Shown in pieces: positions 1-7,630 of a DNA stretch of 64,000 nucleotides (positions are counted from its first letter, which is position 1; each line of letters opens with the position of its first letter). The DNA is from Candidatus Woesearchaeota archaeon (GTDB lineage: Archaea > Nanobdellota > Nanobdellia > Woesearchaeales > JAGVYU01): assembly GCA_043805595.1 (NCBI GenBank), contig JAZDHV010000006.1, positions 11,724 to 75,723 on the forward strand. Reading direction: 5' to 3'. The notes below the pieces were generated by a model. That model was not told where the DNA came from, did not search any database, and worked only from the letters and a program-made list of their open reading frames with translations. Position numbers and translations under genes: made by a program.

Positions 1-13
1 TAAATCTATATAA

Positions 14-856
14 ATGACGAGAAAGCCGATTGTTGCAGGGCAGTTCTACCCAGCCAATAAAAATGAGCTAATGAAACAGATCAAAGACAGTTTTAATTCT
101 GAATTCGGCCCTGGAAATGCCTCTCAAGGAAAAATTGAGAAAGTGAAAGCAGTCATCAACCCTCATGCAGGATACTTTTTCTCAGGAGCAGGAGCTGCAC
201 ATGGATTCAAAAGGATAAAAGAAGGCGGTGTTCCAGATGTTTTTGTCATTATTGGATTAAGCCATAATATCCCAAAAAGCGGAATCTCTCTTGAAGATTG
301 GGAGACACCTCTTGGTGTAGCAGAGAATGATAATGAACTAGGTGAAATCATAATTAGAAATACTGGACTTGAGCAAGATGAACATCTGCACATGATGGAG
401 CACTCACTTGAAGTACAGGTCCCATTTATACAGTTTATCTCAAAAAAGGCAAAGATAGTGCCTATAATCGCTTCTGAAGATTTTGATTACAAAAAATTAG
501 GCGAGGGAATCAAAAAGAGTATCAAAGAATATGATAAGAAAGTTGTTGTTGTCGCTTCAAGTGATTTTACACACTATGGAGCCAATTATGGTTTTGTCCC
601 TTTTTCTGGTAATGTGAAAGAGAATATGAAAAAATTAGACAAGGGAGCAATTGAATTTATACTTAAAAAGGATGCAAAGGGATTTCTAAAATATGTTGAG
701 AAGACTGGTGCAACAATATGCGGAAGATGGCCGATTGCAGTATTGCTTTCTGCTGTTGATTGCGACAAGGTTGAGCTTTTGAGATATTACACTTCTGGCG
801 ACATTGTCGGAGATTATGAGAGTGCAGTAGGATATGCGAGCATAGTATTTTATTGA
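14..856 (+). CDS. MEMO1-family protein (AmmeMemoRadiSam system protein B-like)
   Basis: 280 aa; N-terminal AGQFYP, HAGYFFSGAGAA and SSDFTHYG motifs typical of Memo/UPF0103 proteins. Confidence 0.8.
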   Translation: MTRKPIVAGQFYPANKNELMKQIKDSFNSEFGPGNASQGKIEKVKAVINPHAGYFFSGAGAAHGFKRIKEGGVPDVFVIIGLSHNIPKSGISLEDWETPLGVAENDNELGEIIIRNTGLEQDEHLHMMEHSLEVQVPFIQFISKKAKIVPIIASEDFDYKKLGEGIKKSIKEYDKKVVVVASSDFTHYGANYGFVPFSGNVKENMKKLDKGAIEFILKKDAKGFLKYVEKTGATICGRWPIAVLLSAVDCDKVELLRYYTSGDIVGDYESAVGYASIVFY

Positions 857-1194
857 GGCAGATAATGAAAGGGAGAAAGATAAGGTTAAATGAAAAGATT
901 GGAGAAATCAAACATTGCAAAAGCATATTTTCAAAAGCAATTGGATTGATGTTCTCTTTTCCTAGAGACAGGGCTTTAGTGTTTCATTTCAACAAGGAGA
1001 AATTAGTTGATTTGCATATGTTCTTTGTTTTCTATCCAATTGATGTATTTTATCTTGATGCTGGGAAGAAGGTCACTTCAGTCAAAAACAATTTTATACA
1101 GTTCACAGTGACATGGCCAAGGAAGGCAAAATATGTGATTGAGGCAAAGAAAGGGTTATTGGACATTAAGATAGGGGATGTTGTAGAGTTCTGA
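853..1194 (+). CDS. DUF192 (COG1430) family protein
   Basis: 113 aa; GLMF...ALVFHF...HMFFVFYPIDVFYLD pattern resembles DUF192; 4-nt overlap with upstream gene. Confidence 0.55.
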   Translation: MRQIMKGRKIRLNEKIGEIKHCKSIFSKAIGLMFSFPRDRALVFHFNKEKLVDLHMFFVFYPIDVFYLDAGKKVTSVKNNFIQFTVTWPRKAKYVIEAKKGLLDIKIGDVVEF

Positions 1195-1250
1195 TTATTG
1201 AATATCAATTATTATTGAATATCAACTATTATTGAATATCAATTGTTATT
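1193..1250. repeat. Tandem repeat, 19-bp unit (attattgaatatcaaYtR) x3
   Basis: Seen directly between convergent genes 853..1194 (+) and 1229..1699 (-). Confidence 0.75.
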
Positions 1251-1699
1251 GCTCCAGAATAATAAGCAATAGCAGTGCAACTACCAACAAATGCTGCCAA
1301 GGCTACAGCTGTTAAACCTCCTTTAATCAAAGTTGATGAGACTGGATGCCTTAAACACCATAATTGATAGTCTGAATAATGAAGCTGTTGATTTACTAAT
1401 TGTCTCAACTCAGGATCTTCATTCCCAACATAAATCTCTTCTAATCCACTTCTTGCTGCAGATCTTTCATATTCAGGATATCTTGGAACCATTCTTAACT
1501 CTTGGACATCTTCAAAACCATCTGACCAGCCAGTAGTCCTATATCCAAGGTCCCTGCGCTCTCCTGTATCTACTAATCTTTTTACTTGATCATTTAATGT
1601 TTTTCCAAATCTTGCTATTAAATCATGCACAGCATCAGTACTAATAGTAGAGTCCATACTTAAGGAGAATACGCTTGAATCTAAAGAACCACCAGTCAT
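1229..1699 (-). CDS. Hypothetical protein with C-terminal TM segment
   Basis: 156 aa ORF; hydrophobic C-terminus GGLTAVALAAFVGSCTAIAYY; start codon lies inside palindrome P1 of repeat copy A. Confidence 0.4.
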   Translation of the reverse strand: MTGGSLDSSVFSLSMDSTISTDAVHDLIARFGKTLNDQVKRLVDTGERRDLGYRTTGWSDGFEDVQELRMVPRYPEYERSAARSGLEEIYVGNEDPELRQLVNQQLHYSDYQLWCLRHPVSSTLIKGGLTAVALAAFVGSCTAIAYYSGAITIDIQ

Positions 1700-1846
1700 A
1701 GACTGGTGGGATTCAATAATTCCACGTCCATTACATCTAAGGACTGGTGGTTCTTAGTGCTCAGGAATTTTTCACTCCTGAAAGCTAAATCAATCAAAGA
1801 TTGCCACCAGCCATAGACTGGGTGGAAAATTCCTGACATTTTAAAG
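1681..1846 (+). repeat. Palindrome-rich repeat element, copy A (~165 bp)
   Basis: Starts ctaaagaaccaccagtcatagactggtgg; contains CCACCAGTC-ATA-GACTGGTGG (1689-1709), half-site GACTGGTGG (1742-1750), degenerate second palindrome (1804-1825) and inverted pair TCAGGAATTTT/AAAATTCCTGA; near-identical to 61392-61556. Confidence 0.85.
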
Positions 1847-1952
1847 TTAATCCCAAAACAGCAGAAACCTCAAAAAAGGTTCCTAAGATTTGAAATATTA
1901 AAAAAAATTTCCCAAAACATTTAAATATCGACTTAAATTCTGATATTCTATC

Positions 1953-2108
1953 GGGGCTGTAGTATAATCTGGCTAGTATAGCGGCCTCCAGTGATGGAGG
2001 GATGAGCCATTTCGGCGATGAATAATCTTTCTGCTGAAGACAGCCGTGGATCTGGGTTCAAATTTGCCAAAAGAACATTATTTTGGCATGAAAATCCCAG
2101 CAGCCCCA
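1953..2108 (+). tRNA. Candidate tRNA-Trp(CCA) with two introns (canonical 37/38 intron ~50 nt; second ~32-nt intron in T-loop region)
   Basis: Acceptor GGGGCTG (1953-1959) pairs with CAGCCCC (2101-2107) plus discriminator A; D-arm with GG; anticodon stem GCGGC/GCCGT around loop CU-CCA-G; T-arm CTGGG-TTCAAAT...CCCAG split by hairpin-forming insert (GCCAAAA/TTTTGGC); first intron carries C/D-box-like motifs (GTGATGG, CGATGAA, CTGA); T-run follows. Confidence 0.5.
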
Positions 2109-2119
2109 TTTTATCTTTC

Positions 2120-2576
2120 CTAAAGAACCACCAGTCATAGACTGGTGGGATTCAATAAATCCGTAAATACCTTATGATAGAACTGGTGGTTCTTAGTGCT
2201 CAGAATGCTCAGAAATCTTTTTAAAAAATTTCTGGCATGCCAAAAATGCTCTGCATTTTTGTGCATTTTCCAGCTTATGCAGGCAGAATCATGCAAAGCT
2301 TGCCGCCAGTCAGAGACTGGATGGAAATGCTCAGAAAAGCTTTGCTTTTCTGGCACACTTAGAAATGCTAAATGCATTTCTTGTGCCCAAAAAACACAAA
2401 GTGTTTTTTAGGGTGTTAAAAATCTGAAAGATTTTTATACAATTCTGACATTTTAATAAAATTTCTGGCATGCCAAAAATGCTTTTCATTTTTGAGCATT
2501 TTTCTGATTCCAATATTGGGACTGGCTTTCGGCCACCAGTTAAAAACTGGTGGAAAATTTCTGACATTTAAAAAAG
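2120..2576 (+). repeat. Degenerate, internally re-duplicated copy of the palindrome-rich element (copy B mosaic)
   Basis: Begins with same ctaaagaaccaccagtcatagactggtgg (palindrome 2128-2148); half-site 2181-2189; degenerate GCCGCCAGTC-AGA-GACTGGATGG 2302-2324; variant CCACCAGTT-AAA-AACTGGTGG 2533-2553; aatttctggcatgccaaaaatgct unit occurs twice (about 2228 and 2458). Confidence 0.75.
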
Positions 2577-3392
2577 ATGGCACAAACAATAATCAGGAGA
2601 GCTAGAAGAGCAAATGACTTAGTTAGTCCAAGGTTTCTGACACAAGTGCCTCAGCGTGATTATATTCTAGAAGGGATCTCAGAACTAGTCAGGATCACAA
2701 CTGAGACCGGCTATGAAGCGGATTTTGATGTCTACAAAAGAGCAAGAACAGAAAAACTTCATATTTCAAAATACATCACTATTGGTGATGAAAATTCAGT
2801 AAGCCTGATATCAGGACTAAACAGGCTATCCTGGGAATATATTGAAAAAATAGGAAAAGACCCTCGATACAAAAGCAATCAAGATGATTTTGAAAGGTTT
2901 GTCAGAAATCATGAGATTGGATTTCAATCACCTATGCCAAAACAAGGCGAAATACCTTATGAAGAATTTGACAGAAGGACAGATTATGCATTATTATCTG
3001 TCCACTCACACCCAGGTGGAGCTGCGCATGCTTCAAGAGAAGACCTGCTTCATCTGAACAATATTAGAAGAATAGATTTTAAAAGAAGGTTAATGAGCAA
3101 CCCAATCAGCATGGTCATTGGAGTATATCAAGACAGCACCAAGACTCATGATGAAGATGAACTGGTAAGAATAATATTCGGCACTGAGCAGTCAGGTGAA
3201 ATAATGCTGTTCCAAGAGAAAAGCGAATGGCCTCATTCAATAAAAACAATAAAAAGGGCTGCGAAGTCATATCTATCTGAAACAGCAGAACAATCTAAAA
3301 AATCATACAATATTGCGAGAGGGCAATATCATGCTGATGAAAAAATGATTGAGGTTCCAGCAGGCTTGCTTGAATTTGGGTTTAGATTCTAA
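2577..3392 (+). CDS. JAB/MPN (JAMM) metallopeptidase-domain protein
   Basis: 271 aa; exact JAMM signature H-S-H-x7-S-x2-D in LSVHSHPGGAAHASRED with upstream Glu. Confidence 0.6.
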   Translation: MAQTIIRRARRANDLVSPRFLTQVPQRDYILEGISELVRITTETGYEADFDVYKRARTEKLHISKYITIGDENSVSLISGLNRLSWEYIEKIGKDPRYKSNQDDFERFVRNHEIGFQSPMPKQGEIPYEEFDRRTDYALLSVHSHPGGAAHASREDLLHLNNIRRIDFKRRLMSNPISMVIGVYQDSTKTHDEDELVRIIFGTEQSGEIMLFQEKSEWPHSIKTIKRAAKSYLSETAEQSKKSYNIARGQYHADEKMIEVPAGLLEFGFRF

Positions 3393-3433
3393 ATATATTT
3401 ATTATTTCCATAATTAATCCAATATAGGATAAT

Positions 3434-4519
3434 TTATTCTATTTTTTTAGCAAAGCCTTGTTTTGTGTCTATAAGAACAAGATCATTGTCTTTCAGAACT
3501 TTTGTAGCAAACTTTGTGCCTATCAAAGCAGGTATCTTGTATTCTCTGCTAAGAATAGCTGCATGGCATGTAACTCCACCTTCATCAGTTATTATTGCTC
3601 CTGCTTTTTTTAGATTTGGAGTTATTAAATCAGTTGTAGTCATCTGAGTAACTAAAACATCACCTTGATTTATCTTGTTCATATCTTCCCTTGTTTTAAT
3701 ATGCTTGACTATTCCCTGATATCTTGCGTCAAAAGTACCTTGGCCTTTTAACTCAGAACTATACACTTCATTTTCAAGATAATGAAGTATTAAAGAGGCA
3801 TTCTCATGCATTGAATACTGTCCATTAGCAAGAATAAAAACACACTTTTGCCTTTCTCTGACTTTTTTGTCAATATCAATTTTATATCCCTTGATAACTT
3901 GTTCAACCTCTTTAGGTGTTAAGAATTTAAGATCATTCACTGTAATTTTTAGCCTATTGGCAATTTCCTTAAACAGAGGCTCTGCTATTTCATGTGTTTC
4001 ATTAAATTTAGATCTTCCTAAAAGCCGCATATTAGCCATAATGTCAACAACTTCTTTTACAAAAATGCTTTTATCATCTTCTATACCTCTTGAGTCTACA
4101 CTGATCAGAAATGTTGGGTAAGCCTGCTTATAGAGAAAGAAATATTTCTTTATTAAGTGAAGCAATTCGATTCTGCTCCTTTTATTCAGGTTTTTAAGGC
4201 TATTGGAGAATTCTATTAAATCACCAAATTTCTCTTTTCCTTCCTCAAGAATCTTATGCATGAAATAATGATCCTGTTCGAGATTATTTTTAATGAATTT
4301 GTCAAGTTCTGAAGAGATTTCATTTCTCCAGAAATGAGAATAAGACATCCCATCCCTTATGGTCAGATAATCTGGATGTTTAATTCCAAATCTTTCTACA
4401 AATTCATTTGTCATTGCTTCATAAACTAAGCAATTCTTCAAGAAATCATTCTTTCTTTCTGCAATTAATTCCCATTTCATTTTAATCAGCAATTTCTGTG
4501 AAAGAATATATTGGAACAA
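3434..4519 (-). CDS. PEP-utilizing enzyme mobile (swivel phosphohistidine) domain protein; PEP synthase / rifampin phosphotransferase-like C-terminal half without ATP-grasp domain
   Basis: 361 aa; C-terminal GGVTCHAAILSREYKIPALIGT matches the conserved phosphohistidine swivel motif. Confidence 0.7.
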   Translation of the reverse strand: MFQYILSQKLLIKMKWELIAERKNDFLKNCLVYEAMTNEFVERFGIKHPDYLTIRDGMSYSHFWRNEISSELDKFIKNNLEQDHYFMHKILEEGKEKFGDLIEFSNSLKNLNKRSRIELLHLIKKYFFLYKQAYPTFLISVDSRGIEDDKSIFVKEVVDIMANMRLLGRSKFNETHEIAEPLFKEIANRLKITVNDLKFLTPKEVEQVIKGYKIDIDKKVRERQKCVFILANGQYSMHENASLILHYLENEVYSSELKGQGTFDARYQGIVKHIKTREDMNKINQGDVLVTQMTTTDLITPNLKKAGAIITDEGGVTCHAAILSREYKIPALIGTKFATKVLKDNDLVLIDTKQGFAKKIE

Positions 4520-5237
4520 CTCCTTTTGAGACTAAATCATCAATATTTGCTTGATTAACCTTATTATGGCGGTCAACTAAATATAAGCTTGGATTCACTC
4601 CAGCTGATTGAAATCCTTGATAGGCTGCATATAAAACAGATGGCTTATCGTCATAGAAAGCCTTAATATCCCTGTCTAATAAAGCTGGGACTCTTGCAAA
4701 AGTCTCTGGGTCATTCTTATCGCCAATCTCTTCTCCAACAAGAAGACCATCATATTGGCAAGTGTTTCCGATTAATAATTCAATTAATTCAATTGAACCT
4801 GATGTTAATAAGTAAACAAGATTTCCTTGTCCTCTGACAAGATTAAATCTTGGAGCGACATCATCATATACTATTTCAGAGGGATCTACTTCTAGTTCTC
4901 CTGCCTTTATAGCCTCGACCCAAGCATAATTCAATAAATTAAAGTCATCCTGAGAAATATTCCCTCTTGTCCTATGGAATTCTCTTATTCTCTCTAAAGC
5001 TTCTGGATCAGTTATATACTTTCCAGCAAGTTCACTAGCAATAAAATCATATCCTTGTCTGAATGGGCCTGTTATGACTCTTCCTACATCATATAGCTCG
5101 ATTCTTGGTTCTTGAGATTCAGATCCTTTTGTTGGATTTTGGTCTACTCTTTGTTCCAAATCTTGCTCTTCATCTCGTTCTCCTTTATCCTCATGTTCTT
5201 CTCTGTCGCCTGTTTGCTCTTCTTCCATTGTCATCAC
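4482..5237 (-). CDS. Hypothetical acidic protein, co-operonic with PEP-utilizer gene (38-nt overlap)
   Basis: 251 aa ORF with Glu/Asp-rich N-terminus; no recognised domain. Confidence 0.4.
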   Translation of the reverse strand: MMTMEEEQTGDREEHEDKGERDEEQDLEQRVDQNPTKGSESQEPRIELYDVGRVITGPFRQGYDFIASELAGKYITDPEALERIREFHRTRGNISQDDFNLLNYAWVEAIKAGELEVDPSEIVYDDVAPRFNLVRGQGNLVYLLTSGSIELIELLIGNTCQYDGLLVGEEIGDKNDPETFARVPALLDRDIKAFYDDKPSVLYAAYQGFQSAGVNPSLYLVDRHNKVNQANIDDLVSKGVVPIYSFTEIAD

Positions 5238-5355
5238 CTAATTAGTTGTCATAACTAAGTTTTCTATGCATTAGAAGTGAATATTGAGTATATTAATATT
5301 TGTTGTAATCATAATGACAACAATGTTTATATACTTGTTAATATTCCAATTAGAT

Positions 5356-6075
5356 ATGATCACAGAAATATTAGGAGAAATTGGATTAAGTGGAACAGAA
5401 GCTAAAGTTTATGTAGCTTTGCTGGAATTAGGATCAGCTTTAGCTGGAGAAATTACTAAAAAGTCTGAAGTGAATAGGACAAATGTTTATGATGCATTGG
5501 AAAGACTAATAAAAAAAGGTCTTGTTACATATGTGATAAGTGCCAACAGAAAAGTGTTTGAGCCTATAAAACCAGAAAGGATAAAAGAAATTCTTAAGGA
5601 AAAAGAAGAAAAGGTTAACTCAATAATGGAAGAATTGAATACTAAGTACATTACAAGCAAAACAAAAGAGCAAGCAACAATATTTAAAGGAAAGATGGGA
5701 ATTAAGTTAATTTTTGAAGATATTCTTAAAGAAGGCAAAATACTTTATGCATATGGAGCTGAAAGCAGATTTGCAGATAACTTTCCATCATACTTTAAAA
5801 TATGGAACAAGAGAAGGGCTAAACTAGGGATTAAAGTAAAGATGCTCTATAATGAAAAAGTAAGGAAAATAAAATTAACAGAGGGATTTAGATTATTAAC
5901 AATGAAATTCCTTCCAAAACAATATGAATTTCCTTCAACAATCCTTATCTATAATGATAAGGTTGTAACAATTGCATGGTCAGATATTCCATTTGGATTT
6001 ATGATTGAAAGCAAAGAAGCTGTAAGAAGCCAGATGAGTTTCTTTCATATTTTATGGAAGACTGCAAAAGAGTAG
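5356..6075 (+). CDS. TrmB-family transcriptional regulator
   Basis: N-terminal wHTH LSGTEAKVYVALLELGSALAGEITKKSEVNRTNVYDALERLIKKGLV typical of TrmB; start taken at internal Met MITEILGEIGL (ORF track begins at 5284). Confidence 0.75.
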   Translation: MITEILGEIGLSGTEAKVYVALLELGSALAGEITKKSEVNRTNVYDALERLIKKGLVTYVISANRKVFEPIKPERIKEILKEKEEKVNSIMEELNTKYITSKTKEQATIFKGKMGIKLIFEDILKEGKILYAYGAESRFADNFPSYFKIWNKRRAKLGIKVKMLYNEKVRKIKLTEGFRLLTMKFLPKQYEFPSTILIYNDKVVTIAWSDIPFGFMIESKEAVRSQMSFFHILWKTAKE

Positions 6076-6171
6076 AAAAGATTATTCTTTTACTATCAGA
6101 ATATCTTTGGTTCTACCAACCCCACAAATCATCATAAAGAAATTAAAGAAAGTGAAGTTTTATTAATTCCT

Positions 6172-6657
6172 CTAATCTCTCTTCATCAATTCCTCTAATT
6201 TCCCAAATTGTTTAGCATACAATGGTAAAACTTCCTCTGTTGAATGGATTTGAGTCATCTTAGGAATTCTCCAGAAACTATCTTCTCCATAAGCATGTTG
6301 TTCTGTAACTTGCAAAGGCTTTGCAGGTTTTCTACTGAGAAATCTTTTTGGTTTAAAATGAGTAGCTAATTCAACTTGGATTTCTCTTGGATAAAGCAGA
6401 AAATCAGTAGACATTTCCCTTCTTGGATCAGTATTTAGAGATTCCATCCTTATTTCACCAGATCTGAATGCATCCACATAGAATAACCACTCTAATTTAT
6501 GATCAAAGCTTTCTTCCAGCAAATAGTTCCTTGGACCATCCCACTGCTTTAAACCAATTGCCCTTAAACCATTTCTATCAAGGTCTGCATATTTTACAGT
6601 TTGCCCTGCTAATATTTCCCTCACAGCATCAATTACTTCTCTATCATTTGTGTACAT
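6172..6657 (-). CDS. Hypothetical protein
   Basis: 161 aa ORF between the two TrmB paralogs, opposite strand; no recognised motif. Confidence 0.4.
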   Translation of the reverse strand: MYTNDREVIDAVREILAGQTVKYADLDRNGLRAIGLKQWDGPRNYLLEESFDHKLEWLFYVDAFRSGEIRMESLNTDPRREMSTDFLLYPREIQVELATHFKPKRFLSRKPAKPLQVTEQHAYGEDSFWRIPKMTQIHSTEEVLPLYAKQFGKLEELMKRD

Positions 6658-6721
6658 TTTATTTTCCTCCTACATGTTTATTTGTAACACATTAGTAACT
6701 ACACATAGTATACTTAAGTTT

Positions 6722-6746
6722 TTGTTGTAATATTATATTACAACAA
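6722..6746. promoter_or_regulatory. Perfect 25-bp palindrome TTGTTGTAATAT-T-ATATTACAACAA in divergent promoter region (candidate TrmB operator)
   Basis: Seen directly, ~40 bp upstream of TrmB paralog start (6785); related TTGTTGT-N10-ACAACAA at 5300-5326 upstream of the other TrmB paralog. Confidence 0.4.
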
Positions 6747-6784
6747 TAATAAAATTTAAATACTGGAAAACAACTGCACTCTGT

Positions 6785-7528
6785 ATGAATCCAAAATTAA
6801 TACTTGAAAACGCAGGATTGGCAGGAAATGAAGTAAAAATCTATCTTGATCTTCTTGGTCTAGGATCTGCTTTGGCAGGAGAAATCACAAAAAAGTCAGG
6901 TATTAATAGGACAAATGTCTATGATGCTTTGGAAAGACTTATAGAAAAAGGCCTTGTCAGCTATGTTATAAAAACAAATAGAAAATATTTTGAAGCTGCT
7001 GAGCCAACTAGAATCACTAAGTTCCTGTCTGAAAAACAGGAAGAGATAGAACAAAAAAAGAAATTAGTAAATTCAATACTTCCTGAATTAAAGGCTAAAA
7101 GAATGCTAAGTAAAGAGCCTCAAGAAGCGACAATTTTTAAAGGCAGGAAAGGAATAAAATCAGTGGCTGAAGATGTCATAAAGACGAAAAAAGAATTACT
7201 TGTTTTTGGAGCAGAAGGCAAGTTTGTAGATTTATTCACACACTATGCAAGGCAATGGCATTTGAAAAGAAAAGAAAACAGAATTCCATTAAAAATTCTT
7301 TTTAATGAAAAAATTAGAAAAAAGAAATCCAAAGAAAAGTTTCCTATCTGTCAAATGCGATATAGCTCAAATATACAAGAGACTCCAGCAACAACATGGA
7401 TCTATGGTGACAAGGTAGCGATAATGGTTTGGGGAGAGCAGCCAATTGCCACTTTGATAAGAAGCAAAGAGGTAGCAAAATCATATAAAGTAAATTTTGA
7501 TCTTTTGTGGGATTTGGCCAAAAAATGA
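6785..7528 (+). CDS. TrmB-family transcriptional regulator (paralog of 5356..6075)
   Basis: N-terminal EVKIYLDLLGLGSALAGEITKKSGINRTNVYDALERLIEKGLV is near-identical to the HTH of the upstream paralog. Confidence 0.75.
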   Translation: MNPKLILENAGLAGNEVKIYLDLLGLGSALAGEITKKSGINRTNVYDALERLIEKGLVSYVIKTNRKYFEAAEPTRITKFLSEKQEEIEQKKKLVNSILPELKAKRMLSKEPQEATIFKGRKGIKSVAEDVIKTKKELLVFGAEGKFVDLFTHYARQWHLKRKENRIPLKILFNEKIRKKKSKEKFPICQMRYSSNIQETPATTWIYGDKVAIMVWGEQPIATLIRSKEVAKSYKVNFDLLWDLAKK

Positions 7529-7600
7529 TAGTTAATAAATATTCAATTGCAAATAATTAGAAACTTGATTAAAGAAACTTGTTTATAATTAATAATAAAG

Positions 7601-7608
7601 TTTATATA
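7601..7608 (+). promoter_or_regulatory. TATA-box-like TTTATATA ~25 bp upstream of transporter start
   Basis: Position and sequence fit archaeal TATA element for a leaderless transcript; inference only. Confidence 0.3.
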
Positions 7609-7630
7609 ATTATTATATGAGGAAAAGAAT

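Noticed and set aside
163-926. Small ORFs antisense to or overlapping the MEMO1 gene (163..393, 586..768, 663..926)
   Set aside because: Contained within a well-supported conserved CDS; no features of real genes.
2135-2567. Small ORFs (2135..2377, 2196..2411, 2331..2567) inside the repeat mosaic
   Set aside because: They lie entirely within degenerate repeat sequence, overlap each other in different frames and have no coding-like composition; likely spurious.
1681-2576. Short palindromic repeats near a tRNA considered as a possible CRISPR array
   Set aside because: Repeats are not regularly spaced identical units separated by unique spacers; they are degenerate copies of a ~165-bp structured element, and no cas genes are present.
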